A stretch of DNA of 40,096 bases. It comes from a virus. Both the position numbers and the translations under genes were made by a program. Every line of letters begins with the position of its first letter. The stretch's first letter is position 1. The notes beneath the pieces are model-generated. The model ran no database searches. It saw only the letters and a program-made list of their open reading frames with translations, and was not told the DNA's origin. The stretch lies in IMG/VR virus record IMGVR_UViG_3300022661_000179; one strand, given 5' to 3'. Below are positions 9,669 to 18,567 of the stretch, in pieces.

Positions 9669-9755
9669 GGGGATATGGTGGAATCGGTAGACGCGCTAGA
9701 CTCAAAATCTGGTGACCGAGAGGTCGTGTGGGTTCGAGTCCCACTATCCCCACCA
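9669..9755 (+). tRNA. tRNA-Leu(CAA)
   Basis: loop CTCAAAA; long variable arm; acceptor ggggata/tatcccc; CCA. Confidence 0.8.
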
Positions 9756-9886
9756 AAAGGTAACTAAGGAAATTGAAAACGCAATCGTAAGTGCGTGAGT
9801 CCTAAGAGCGAGACACCGAAAGTAGGGCTTTATGCCGCGGCACACTGACACGACCAGTCCCTAGCCGATTAGTTACTTTTATATTT

Positions 9887-9973
9887 GCCTTTGTGATGGA
9901 ATTGGTAGACATCCCAGACTAAGAATCTGGTATCCGCAAGGGTGTGCGAGTTCGAGTCTCGCCAGAGGCACCA
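9887..9973 (+). tRNA. tRNA-Leu(AAG) (A34)
   Basis: loop CTAAGAA with perfect 5-bp stem ccaga/tctgg; long variable arm; CCA. Confidence 0.7.
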
Positions 9974-10180
9974 TAAGAGGAATCCGAAAAATAAAGAATG
10001 TGGAGCGACAGTAGGCGACCTGTGAGTGTAGCTACCAATACCAGGCAACGCGCGTACGGCAGCAGGCAGATGCGGATTAGTTGCAACCCTCTTTTTTCAC
10101 TCGCACCAAGAGAGACGGAGGTTCAAATCCTTCCTTCGGCCGAGTAGTTTAGGCAGGTCCAGAACGCTCTTGGTTCATAT

Positions 10181-10267
10181 GCCCTTGTGATGGAACTGGT
10201 AGACTTCTTAGACTCAGAATCTAAGGTCCGAAAGGGCGTGCGGGTTCAAGTCCCGCCGAGGGCACCA
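10181..10267 (+). tRNA. tRNA-Leu(CAG)
   Basis: loop CTCAGAA; long variable arm; acceptor gcccttg/cgagggc; CCA. Confidence 0.8.
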
Positions 10268-10921
10268 TAGTATAATATCCGGTAGCTAACTCCTGGCTGG
10301 CCTATAAAAAACTGAGAGCTCGTAAAAAATGCATGAGGGTTCGGGAACGGTATTATACTAACCACCGTGGTATGCACGGCAAAAACCGAGGTATAAGAGT
10401 GATATAAAGTGTGTGAGTAAAGCGGAAAGGCTCAATCACCGCCTAGCTGAGGGGCACACGCAGAGTTTGGTCCGGTTCTCTGATTTTTTATCAAAACAAG
10501 ATGGCAGGAAAGTAGAGTCCTGGATATGCGGAGTTCGGTACGCCCCTACTCGCGACATATAAACCTGTGAAGCGCAAGCAGGACTTGTTGAGGTATGTGT
10601 GATTTATCACAGAGTGTGTGGCGAAAAATAAAACTAAACGCGCTCCGGACAACGGGGTGCCGGGCCTGGACGCTTGGCTTGCGGGGGAGGATCCCGTCGC
10701 ACTCACCAATATAGTTGTGGGCGTATAAGACTCAAAACCCTCATCCTCCAATAATACTGCGCAGACTATTGGAGGGCAATATTTGGGCTGTGGGACTGCT
10801 TGGGGTGGTCACCTGTCTGGCAGACAGGACGGCAGATCGGTTCAAATCCGATACGGTCCACCAGGTCTATTTAGACCTCCTTTTCCAAACCATTTAGACA
10901 TCGACCGCAAGAAATTGTGAT

Positions 10922-11031
10922 TCGCAGACTAGCTTAACTGGATATAGACCCGAGATCGCTTTACCGGTCAACAAAGGGTGAGAGCATCTCCCTTCAAAGG
11001 AGAAGATTGGGGTTCGAGTCCCCAGTCCGTG
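10922..11031 (+). ncRNA. tRNA-like element with opal-type anticodon loop (CTTCAAA, anticodon TCA) and expanded D region
   Basis: tctcc-CTTCAAA-ggaga arm; T-arm tgggg-TTCGAGT-cccca; acceptor cgcagac/gtccgtg 6/7; about 46 nt where the D-loop should be. Confidence 0.3.
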
Positions 11032-11067
11032 CCGTAGCAAAAATGGTGTCTAGTAAAAAAAATCTTC

Positions 11068-11096
11068 CTTGATTTTTATAAAAAAATATGTTATAA
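11068..11096 (+). promoter_or_regulatory. conserved promoter copy
   Basis: TTGATT 11068-11073, TATAAT 11091-11096. Confidence 0.7.
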
Positions 11097-11131
11097 TATA
11101 TATGTAAGATAAAGGAAGAGAGGTAATCAAA

Positions 11132-11239
11132 ATGAAAAAGATTGATGATTTCGATACTCAAATCCAATCCGATGAATTGGCAGAGATTATCAACTACAAT
11201 GACCAGTTTGAAGATCCTCGCTACCAAGACGAAGAGTAA
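11132..11239 (+). CDS. small acidic hypothetical protein (35 aa)
   Basis: RBS aaaggaagagagg then ATG directly after the promoter; TAA stop; below the ORF-track cutoff. Confidence 0.45.
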   Translation: MKKIDDFDTQIQSDELAEIINYNDQFEDPRYQDEE

Positions 11240-11242
11240 TTT

Positions 11243-11319
11243 GGCCCCATCGTCTAATAGGTCAGTGACAACAGCCTTTCACGCTGTAAATGGGAGTTCG
11301 AGCCTCCCTGGGGTCACCA
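11243..11319 (+). tRNA. tRNA-Glu(TTC)
   Basis: loop CTTTCAC; acceptor ggcccca/tggggtc; CCA. Confidence 0.8.
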
Positions 11320-11944
11320 TTGAGGTTGCGGTTAGCCTGACTAACAACAGACCGGCAGGAGCGATTACCTGCACAATGAGTCGTGGGTTTCAGTGCATGG
11401 TCCTTATTATGCGCCGGGTGCGAAAACAATTATAAAGCAGACCCGTTAGAGCGATAATCGCGAGTATCGCCTGCATTCCCATCTGGGCTGGCTCCGCAAC
11501 TGGAAAGAGGAGATTGACTATGAGATCGCTACTCATAGGACGGGTCCACCAAGGAGGATCGGGGATATTCCCCGTAGCTGGTTGTGTCAGCTGAAATCAC
11601 AACTACCGGCAGGTTAAGGTAGAATCCTGCAGATATGGGACATCGTAAAAAGCTGGGTCCTCGTTCCCTTGTCCCGGACTTTGGGTAGCCAACTGCCCTT
11701 TGACAAAAAGGCTTTAGATAGTAAAGTGGATAAGTTGGAATAGTCCATATTTCTTCTCCCCTCAAGCAAGAGGGCTACGTGGGTAGATACAACAGTACCT
11801 AAGCGCAGAATTCCGGCTATAATGAAGTAGGAAGCCGTAGAAGATGAAGAAGCTGTCGAAAAACATTTTTATAGAGGGAATCGTGGGTTGAAATCCCACC
11901 GGAGTCGCGCTCCGAGGACAGAAGACAAAGTCGCCCTCCTTTAT

Positions 11945-12020
11945 GGCCCCGTCGTCTAGCGGTCTAGGACGCGAGCCTCTCAAGCTCGAAACCGGAGTTC
12001 GATTCTCCGTGGGGTCACCA
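11945..12020 (+). tRNA. tRNA-Glu(CTC)
   Basis: loop CTCTCAA; acceptor ggccccg/tggggtc; CCA. Confidence 0.75.
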
Positions 12021-12298
12021 GCAGCCCTCTTGGGCGGCATTGATAAAAGCGTTAACATGGATTTGTAAGTTAAACTACCACCGGCAAAACAATGTGCGTC
12101 ATAGACAAACAGCGTTAGATATGTGGCTTAGTGGAAAACGCTATATAAAGAAGCAAAGTAAACTTACACTAAAAAGATACTGAAACGGGTCAGGTCCAAT
12201 CGCCCGGCTAAGTAGGTGAGGTAAGTGAGGTTGGGTTTCCTACGCCTTTAAAGTGGTTCTGAAAAATGTATCCGCTTAGCCTTTAGTATCTTACATAT

Positions 12299-12374
12299 AG
12301 CTTCGTGGAGCAGCGGAGTGCTCGCCAGTTTGTCACACTGGAGATCGCGGGTTCGATCCCCGTCGAAGCTGCCA
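12299..12374 (+). tRNA. tRNA-Asp(GTC)
   Basis: loop TTGTCAC; acceptor agcttcg/cgaagct; CCA. Confidence 0.8.
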
Positions 12375-12441
12375 ATACCTCCGTGGTATATAACCCATAC
12401 TGGGGCTTGGTGAGAGCCTTGCACCAATCTCACCACTTATA

Positions 12442-12518
<77 letters not shown>

Positions 12519-12689
12519 ATAAAGGTATGTTCCCGATACCTCGTAGCGGAAAAATCGGGCGTGGAAGAGGAGACGAAAGAATCGCTTTGTTTGGCAACGG
12601 TTTTTTGGTTATAAACTGTTGTAGGTACTCAATGTGTGCCTTAGCCGACGTACCGTGCTTACAAGGGCAGCTACCCAACATTTTCATAT

Positions 12690-12766
12690 CCCTATGTAGC
12701 TCAGTTGGTCAGAGCGGCCGGTTCATACCCGGCAGGTCAGTGGTTCGAGCCCACTCAGAGGGACCA
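12690..12766 (+). tRNA. tRNA-Met(CAT)
   Basis: loop TTCATAC; CCA. Confidence 0.75.
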
Positions 12767-13030
12767 GAATAATTACAATGAGATACCGTGGGTTCTATGT
12801 TCTGTGGTGGGGCATAGACTAAGAGCGATGAGGCAGTAGAGAGCTGAAGTGGATCGCGACAATCTCTATACACACTTCTTCCAAAAGGCTGACCACCGAG
12901 TAGGTATTTTTCCAATCAGCTGTAACGGAAAAATATTTGTAATTATTTACCAACCGCTGATTGCGGTTTTCATTTCCTTTCATGTGCGGTCGTGGGGGCT
13001 CCGACCGGAAAAATATTCCCCCTTGTATAT

Positions 13031-13107
13031 TGCAGAGTAGAGAAGAGGCCGATCTCGCTAGCCTCATAAGCTGGAGAACGGTGGTTCGAATCCACCCTCT
13101 GCATCCA
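13031..13107 (+). tRNA. tRNA(CAT) (Met/fMet/Ile2-type)
   Basis: loop CTCATAA; acceptor tgcagag/ctctgca perfect; CCA. Confidence 0.75.
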
Positions 13108-13108
13108 T

Positions 13109-13185
13109 TGCGGGGTAGACAAGTGGCTAAGTCGCCAGCCTCATAAGCTGGAAATCGTGGGTTCGAGTCCCACCCACCGCAACCA
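13109..13185 (+). tRNA. tRNA(CAT) third copy
   Basis: loop CTCATAA; one acceptor mismatch. Confidence 0.6.
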
Positions 13186-13223
13186 GGGTTGTGCATAGGC
13201 AACTCTCCTTTAGGTGATATATT

Positions 13224-13338
13224 TAGGCGCACACAGCAATTTTTCTTTTAGAAAAAATTTAGCTCATTTGGTAGAGCAATTGTCTGTTAAACAATGTGTA
13301 GTGGGTTCAATTCCCTCAATCTTTTCTTTATGCGCCTA
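13224..13338 (+). ncRNA. ACAGCAA-module enclosing a standard-order tRNA-Asn-like (GTT) domain with A/T-only acceptor
   Basis: taggcgca (13224-13231) pairs with tgcgccta (13331-13338); CACAGCAA at 13232-13239; inner D-arm, attgt-CTGTTAA-acaat, and T-arm. Confidence 0.5.
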
Positions 13339-13344
13339 GTTTAT

Positions 13345-13420
13345 GCCCCGGTAGCTCAGTTGGTAGAGCGTAGGATTGAAGCTCCTAGCGTCGGCGGTTC
13401 GAACCCGTCCTGGGGCACCA
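13345..13420 (+). tRNA. tRNA-Phe(GAA)
   Basis: loop TTGAAGC; CCA. Confidence 0.8.
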
Positions 13421-13725
13421 TCAGTTGGATAGGAAACTGTTACAAAAACCCTATCACTTGGATTGGTAAACCTAATTTACCGAAAGACCCACACCAGAGG
13501 ATCCATACCACCCTTCATTTTGGTTTTCTGCCTTTGTTGTTTGTTTTCATATTGTTATGCCTCCTCATAATGTATAAAGCAGGTATGGCTGTGGGAAATG
13601 TACTCTTTCTATATATTCCGAAATATATAGAAACAAAAACTACCTTCGCGGGAGAGAGTTTTTACATCTAGGCTCGGTCGAGTTTGTTTTTTACTCTCCC
13701 GCTTCTTGTTTATTGAATATTATTC

Positions 13726-13813
13726 GGAGCGGTGGGGTAATGGTATCCCAGAGGATTGCTAATCCTCCCTACCTGCGAGGGTAGTCTGGGTTCGAGTCCC
13801 GGTCGCTCCGCCA
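13726..13813 (+). tRNA. tRNA-Ser(GCT)
   Basis: loop TTGCTAA; long variable arm; CCA. Confidence 0.8.
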
Positions 13814-13983
13814 AAATAAACGAAGTACAAGTTTATCAGTGATGTATCGTATAAGATGAGGAATACACCGAAAAAGAGGTCATATGCTTGAGTAGGAAAT
13901 CTAGGACGCCTAAGAAGCCAACCTGGTACATTGCGTATAAGACATTTTGGAGACCACATAGGCCAAAGTCTCCGATCTTATAT

Positions 13984-14071
13984 GGAGGGGTAAGCATAAT
14001 TGGCACTGCTCCGGTCTAGAAAACCGGTCACGGGCAACCGTGTGTGGGTTCGAGTCCCACCCCCTCCGCCA
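13984..14071 (+). tRNA. tRNA-Ser(AGA) (A34)
   Basis: loop CTAGAAA with perfect stem ccggt/accgg; long variable arm; CCA. Confidence 0.7.
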
Positions 14072-14278
14072 GTATGCGGCCGATCACCGCTCGGTTTTTG
14101 GTAACTCCGTAGGCTTTGGTATGATGCGTTCGCCAAGGCATTGAAACCATCAATGGGGTTCGAAGGTTTTCCCCATAAGGGCAGAGTAACGAACTGTTCC
14201 TAAAAGTCGAACACTCGTAACACTTGAGCAGTCGTTACCTCAATGCGGTTATTAGTTAGTAAACAAACCCTCTCCAAT

Positions 14279-14355
14279 GGCCCGATAGCTCAGTTGGTCA
14301 GAGCAGCTGATTAGTAATCAGCAGGTCGTCGGTTCGAATCCGACTCGGGCCTCCA
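14279..14355 (+). tRNA. tRNA-Thr(AGT) (A34)
   Basis: loop TTAGTAA; stem gctga/tcagc; CCA. Confidence 0.7.
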
Positions 14356-14511
14356 GCGACTTCTTGAATGAAGTGAGCCGACTACAAGATAGGTTCGGCG
14401 CGACGTTGAAGCAATACATTGGACTGTTTTCAGTAGTGTTGTGGAGTCTAATCTAGGGTTGTGCGGTTTCCACAAGACAGAGTAGGAGAAATCTGAAAGA
14501 AAACGCTCATA

Positions 14512-14553
14512 TGCAGTTGATGGTCCGAGTGGGTTCGAGCCCCACAAACTGCA
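14512..14553 (+). ncRNA. acceptor-T-arm minihelix (tRNA-like without D- and anticodon arms)
   Basis: tgcagtt...gtggg-TTCGAGC-cccac...aactgca. Confidence 0.35.
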
Positions 14554-14631
14554 TCGAGTGCGGTATACACGCACAAAATCTATATAGAGTGTCATAGTGA
14601 AAGAATTAGCTACTCAATCACTATGATATAT

Positions 14632-14708
14632 GCGGGATTAGCTCAGCTGGTTAGAGCATATGCCTTACAAGCATGGGGTCAGCGGTTCGAATCCGTTATC
14701 CCGCACCA
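14632..14708 (+). tRNA. tRNA-Val(TAC)
   Basis: loop CTTACAA; CCA. Confidence 0.8.
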
Positions 14709-14843
14709 CTCTCCGTAGTTGGTTCCATTTGCCAACATAGATAAAAAGTTCCCACACTGTAGATGCCCGGAAATTTGGGTGGAGGTGCATATTGGGTGAG
14801 GCACAAGCGCACTGGACCTGCGCTGGCTACGGAGATACCATAT

Positions 14844-14918
14844 GCGGCTGTGGCTCAGCTGGTAGAGCATCTGATTGCCATTCAGAAGGTCGCGGGTTCG
14901 AACCCCGTCAGCCGCTCC
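14844..14918 (+). tRNA. tRNA-Gly(GCC)
   Basis: loop TTGCCAT; CCA. Confidence 0.8.
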
Positions 14919-14920
14919 AT

Positions 14921-14997
14921 GTGAGTGTAGCTTAGTTGGTTAAAGCGCCAGATTGTGGCTCTGGAGATCGGCGGTTCAAGTCCGCTCACTCACCCCA
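14921..14997 (+). tRNA. tRNA-His(GTG)
   Basis: loop TTGTGGC; C73; CCA. Confidence 0.8.
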
Positions 14998-15000
14998 TAT

Positions 15001-15077
15001 TAGACAGACACAGCAAATTACTTTTTACACAAAACGCTTATATTGGGTTTAAGAAATGTTTAATGTAATTCTGTCTA
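15001..15077 (+). ncRNA. ACAGCAA-module (no tRNA-like domain)
   Basis: tagacag...attac pairs with gtaat...ctgtcta; ACACAGCAA bulge at 15008-15016. Confidence 0.45.
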
Positions 15078-15087
15078 GTTTTTTTAC

Positions 15088-15164
15088 GCCCCAGTAGCTC
15101 AGTTGGATAGAGCATGGGATTTCTAATCCCAGTGTCAGGGGTTCGAGTCCCTTCTGGGGTACCA
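15088..15164 (+). tRNA. tRNA-Arg(TCT)
   Basis: loop TTTCTAA; CCA. Confidence 0.8.
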
Positions 15165-15178
15165 ATAGATGAAAAGGG

Positions 15179-15415
15179 GTGAGTTTTGTGATTCAGCCTG
15201 TAAAGTTTGAAACTCAAGAGGATTTATTCCGTTTTAGCGAATTGGCAAGTAAGGAAGATTTCCCTATTTACATCAGTACCTCATATGGTCAGCTTGATGC
15301 TCGAAGCCTGCTTGGTTTATTTACCATTTTAGGCAAGGATGTCAATATCGTTGTTGGCGACCACGCTAATGCTGATAAGTTCTCTGCTTTTTTACAGAAA
15401 TACGCAAATTCCTAA
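15179..15415 (+). CDS. hypothetical protein (78 aa)
   Basis: ORF track; GTG start after gaaaagggg. Confidence 0.5.
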   Translation: MSFVIQPVKFETQEDLFRFSELASKEDFPIYISTSYGQLDARSLLGLFTILGKDVNIVVGDHANADKFSAFLQKYANS

Positions 15416-15436
15416 GTGCGGAAAACCGCACCATAT

Positions 15437-15513
15437 GCGGGTTTAGCTCAGTTGGATAGAGTAACTGGCTACGAACCAGTAGGCCGGGGGTTCGAGTCCC
15501 TCAACCCGTACCA
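15437..15513 (+). tRNA. tRNA-Arg(ACG)
   Basis: loop CTACGAA; CCA. Confidence 0.8.
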
Positions 15514-15628
15514 TCGAGGTCTTTCGGAACCTCTGCGGATGACCGCTAATCCGAATACGGGGATGGGCCCAATAGGATCGGAATAAGGTGGGCTCGTTGT
15601 TATGGTTGAGGTGGCCCATAACGACAAT

Positions 15629-15657
15629 TTGACAATTTTCAAAAAATTTGTTATAAT
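15629..15657 (+). promoter_or_regulatory. promoter variant TTGACA-N17-TATAAT
   Basis: -35 at 15629-15634, -10 at 15652-15657. Confidence 0.65.
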
Positions 15658-15701
15658 ATATATACAAGTAAAGGAACTATCGGATATAGTTTCTCATACT
15701 A

Positions 15702-15813
15702 AAGGCTCTTACAGCAAACTTCGCTTAGAAGAATAGTCTAATGCTAGGACATTTCCCTTCCACGGAAAAATCGCGGGTTGGATTCCCGCTTCTTTAGTAA
15801 AAGCTTGAGCCTT
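15702..15813 (+). ncRNA. ACAGCAA-module enclosing tRNA-Gly(TCC)-like domain with unusual T-loop TTGGATT
   Basis: aaggctc (15702-15708) pairs with gagcctt (15807-15813); ttACAGCAA at 15709-15717; tttcc-CTTCCAC-ggaaa arm. Confidence 0.45.
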
Positions 15814-15819
15814 GAATAA

Positions 15820-15896
15820 CGGGATATAGCTCAGATGGTTAGAGCGTACGACTGATAATCGTAAGGTCGGTGGTTCGATCCCACCTATCCCGACCA
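15820..15896 (+). tRNA. tRNA-Ile(GAT)
   Basis: loop CTGATAA; CCA. Confidence 0.8.
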
Positions 15897-15903
15897 ATTA
15901 TAT

Positions 15904-15981
15904 CCGGGTGTAGCTCAGTTTGGCTAGAGCGCGTGATTTGGGATCACGAGGCCGAGAGTTCGAGTCTCTCCACTCGGACCA
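15904..15981 (+). tRNA. tRNA-Pro(TGG)
   Basis: loop TTTGGGA; CCA. Confidence 0.8.
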
Positions 15982-16096
15982 GCCTCAATGAGGTTTGCTA
16001 TCGCTAAGTCATAGGGTTGTCCGACCCAATCGCATATACTAACAACTTCGGAGTTATGCCCGACCGGCAGGGAGTAGTTTTCAGCCTGCCATATAT

Positions 16097-16174
16097 CTGG
16101 ATGTAGCTCAGTTTGGCTAGAGCGCTACCTTGGGGTGGTAGAGGCCGAAGGTTCAAGTCCTTTCATTCAGACCA
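16097..16174 (+). tRNA. tRNA-Pro(GGG)
   Basis: loop TTGGGGT; CCA. Confidence 0.75.
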
Positions 16175-16243
16175 GATCATACTCAGATGGGTAGACATAT
16201 GCTACCTTCGCCTACGGGACTCTGGGTTTTATATCAAATTACA

Positions 16244-16380
16244 TAGGCACACACAGCAATTTTATTCTATTAAAGAATAATTGTAGGTTCGAGTCCTACT
16301 CCGCCCACTCGGGCAGATTGAGAAATGGTAAACTCACTTGTCTCCAAAACAAGCATAAAAAAGTCTTTTAGATGTGCCTA
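16244..16380 (+). ncRNA. ACAGCAA-module with circularly permuted tRNA-Trp-like domain
   Basis: taggcaca (16244-16251) pairs with tgtgccta (16373-16380); CACAGCAA at 16252-16259; T-arm gtagg-TTCGAGT-cctac, then tccgccc-actc-gggcaga acceptor hairpin, then D-like gag-aaatggtaaa-ctc and cttgt-CTCCAAA-acaag. Confidence 0.5.
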
Positions 16381-16396
16381 GTCCTTTATATCTTAT

Positions 16397-16425
16397 TTGA
16401 TTTTTATAAAAAAATATGATATAAT
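16397..16425 (+). promoter_or_regulatory. conserved promoter copy
   Basis: TTGATT 16397-16402, TATAAT 16420-16425. Confidence 0.7.
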
Positions 16426-16458
16426 ATATCTATAAGATAAAGAAAGGAATGAAATTCA

Positions 16459-16764
16459 ATGCCTAAGTTAGTAGCGGCCGCAATCAAGTTTAAACCACTT
16501 GATTCTGATTACTATCAGATTATGTGCGGCAAGCGCCATTGCAATATACTGGAATTGATGTATAAGCACGGCTTAGAATATCACAAGGTTGGCGCCATTC
16601 AAGGTTTCTTAACCGATGATGATCAGTTCGTTGATCGCTATGACGCCGCGCAGATGGCATTTCGTTCCGGTCAGATGTTAAAAGATTCTGACATTTATAA
16701 GAAGATGTCTGAAGACCAAGAGCATATCAATGCTTATCCATTATATTCGGAGGATTTGTGGTGA
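16459..16764 (+). CDS. hypothetical protein (101 aa)
   Basis: ORF track; RBS aaagaaagga. Confidence 0.65.
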   Translation: MPKLVAAAIKFKPLDSDYYQIMCGKRHCNILELMYKHGLEYHKVGAIQGFLTDDDQFVDRYDAAQMAFRSGQMLKDSDIYKKMSEDQEHINAYPLYSEDLW

Positions 16765-16970
16765 CTTACGAAGTCCAAATTCAAATGACTGATGATCTCA
16801 TTAAGGAGATCGGCAATGCCATCGCCGCCTACGGATTAGTTTTGAGTGCGGCCTGGACTGGTACACAAGTTCCTAAACAGTTTGAGGCATTCAAATATCT
16901 TCCCGATGAAGATTTGCATCGTCGGATGCAGTTACTCAAAGATTTCTATGAGGAGATTACCAATCAATGA
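16758..16970 (+). CDS. hypothetical protein (70 aa)
   Basis: ORF track; start overlaps the upstream stop. Confidence 0.5.
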   Translation: MVTYEVQIQMTDDLIKEIGNAIAAYGLVLSAAWTGTQVPKQFEAFKYLPDEDLHRRMQLLKDFYEEITNQ

Positions 16971-17146
16971 GTGATACACATAAGTTCAAAATCGCACATT
17001 CCCAATACTTCGGTAGGGATATTATGTGCGTAAAGTACCATTCTGATGATGATTGGTATTTTTGTTTCGTAGATAAGCAGAAACAACCTACTTCTGGAAT
17101 TTATAAAGCGCAGTCGAAGCATTCTTACTTCTTCTGGCACTCGTAA
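16967..17146 (+). CDS. small hypothetical protein (59 aa)
   Basis: ATGA overlap with the upstream stop; TAA stop. Confidence 0.4.
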   Translation: MSDTHKFKIAHSQYFGRDIMCVKYHSDDDWYFCFVDKQKQPTSGIYKAQSKHSYFFWHS

Positions 17147-17153
17147 TATAAAT

Positions 17154-17261
17154 AAGGCACACACAGCAAATATACATTTAGTATGTTATGGGTTCAAGTC
17201 CCATTTTTCGAGCCATTTTTTTCGAGAATCGCACAATAGGTAGTGCAACTAAAAGGTGCCT
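17154..17261 (+). ncRNA. ACAGCAA-module with T-arm-first tRNA-like pieces
   Basis: aaggcaca (17154-17161) pairs with gtgcctt (17255-17261); CACAGCAA at 17162-17169; atggg-TTCAAGT-cccat then a D-like hairpin. Confidence 0.45.
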
Positions 17262-17267
17262 TGTATA

Positions 17268-17344
17268 TTGGGGGTTCTGAATAACGGTCAATTCGCCAGA
17301 CTTTGACTCTGGAGATGGGAGTTCGATTCTCTCACCCCCAGCCA
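17268..17344 (+). tRNA. tRNA-Gln(TTG)
   Basis: loop CTTTGAC; U1-A72; G73; CCA. Confidence 0.8.
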
Positions 17345-17521
17345 CAGTTTCTTCATGCGTTCACAACAGACGCAACCAGCAATCTTTTTTCTTCCCCGCT
17401 CATTTTAGAGGAATTTGAAAGTGCGTCTAGTATATATTCCCCTTTAGTCTATCCGATCTTTGGTCAGAAAAGATTTATGACTCACTCTTATTTTTCATAT
17501 ATAAATGAAAGGAGTGGTTAT

Positions 17522-17926
17522 ATGACTACTAAGGTTTGTACTAAATGTAAATTAGAATTGCCAATAGAAGAATTTCATTGGCGTAATAAGGCTGCTGGAA
17601 CACGCAGATCAGAATGTAAAAAATGCCATAATGCAACAATGCGAAAAGATTATGATAAAAAACGAGAATAGGTTGATGCTATGAAATTTTCTTTTGGTGG
17701 TTGTTAGAAATGTGGCTATAATAAATGCATTGAAGCATTAGATTTTCATCATCGAAACCCCGATGAAAAAGAATATGATATTGCTCAAATGATTAGAAAT
17801 CATAGAACACAAGAAGCTATTGCCCAAGAGATGCAAAAATGTGTTATTTTATGTGCTAATTGTCATCGAGAATTTCATTTTTTAGAAAGAAATAAGGGTA
17901 TTTCTATTGATGAATATTTATTATAA
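17522..17926 (+). CDS. HNH endonuclease with two in-frame TAG codons (17669-17671, 17705-17707)
   Basis: AAGGAG RBS then ATG 17522; one continuous frame reads ...KKRE-TAG-VDAMKFSFGGC-TAG-KCGYNKC...LDFHHRNP...CANCHREFH; the second TAG sits inside the conserved GG-C-x-x-C-G-Y zinc-knuckle. Confidence 0.7.
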
Positions 17927-17932
17927 AAATAT

Positions 17933-18008
17933 TGGGGGTTAGTTCAATTGGCAGAGCGTCAGATTCTGACTCTGAAAGTTAAAGGTTCAAGTCCTTTACC
18001 CCCAGCCA
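17933..18008 (+). tRNA. tRNA-Gln(CTG)
   Basis: loop TTCTGAC; acceptor tgggggt/accccca; G73; CCA. Confidence 0.8.
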
Positions 18009-18317
18009 AACTCATAGTGGGCTAAGGCGTTACGTCCCTAATCGGCTCCTGTCCCAGAAATGCGAAAAGACGTCGAACCTATGAGTTACCATAAGTAAGA
18101 GTGCTCTTGGACGGAACCAAGAGGTAAATCTCTGAAAACCTCAAAGGTGGGCTTAGAAGTAGCAATCCTATAATGAGTGGTGCGGTGCGCGCGACGGACC
18201 TTTGGTGTAATAACACATGAGGCTGGTTTGCGGTCAACCAGACCAAAAACCGAAATGTGATCGAGCGACCGGATGGAGAGGCAACGGGATACAATGACTC
18301 TCCACCAAAAATCTTTT

Positions 18318-18346
18318 TTGACTTTTATAAAAAAATATGATATAAT
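18318..18346 (+). promoter_or_regulatory. promoter copy (TTGACT-N17-TATAAT)
   Basis: -35 at 18318-18323, -10 at 18341-18346. Confidence 0.7.
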
Positions 18347-18375
18347 ATTTATATAAAGTCAAAGGAGAAATTCAA

Positions 18376-18558
18376 ATGTTTATTTGTCCTATTTGTTTGC
18401 GGGAATTTGAAAAAGAAAGTGATATTGTGAAACATCTTGCCAGTTGTTGGGGAGAGAAGAATCCATATCGTAAATCCAAGCCCGCTCCTCGTAGCGAAGA
18501 TGTCAATACGAGAGAGGATAATCAAGACATACTGGATTTCTTTGACTCATTCAAGTGA
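18376..18558 (+). CDS. small zinc-finger protein (CxxC...HxxxxC)
   Basis: ORF track; RBS aaaggag. Confidence 0.6.
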   Translation: MFICPICLREFEKESDIVKHLASCWGEKNPYRKSKPAPRSEDVNTREDNQDILDFFDSFK

Positions 18559-18567
18559 GGTGTGCAT

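Noticed and set aside
10760-10858. tmRNA because of the GGTTCAAATCC T-loop and the ...GGTCC-ACCA 3' end
   Set aside because: No 5' strand GGACCGU-type partner with the tRNA-like domain geometry was found at a tmRNA distance, and there is no tag-peptide ORF ending in Ala-Ala-stop. Retained only as an unexplained structured RNA.
10922-11031. Selenocysteine tRNA (selC) because of the CUUCAAA loop
   Set aside because: It lacks the long variable arm and the 8/5 acceptor/T geometry of bacterial tRNA-Sec, and no SECIS-bearing genes were seen.
17303-17671. 122-aa ORF starting at TTG 17303
   Set aside because: Its first 70 codons overlap tRNA-Gln(TTG) and its trailer. A strong AAGGAG RBS precedes ATG 17522, which begins the HNH zinc-knuckle.
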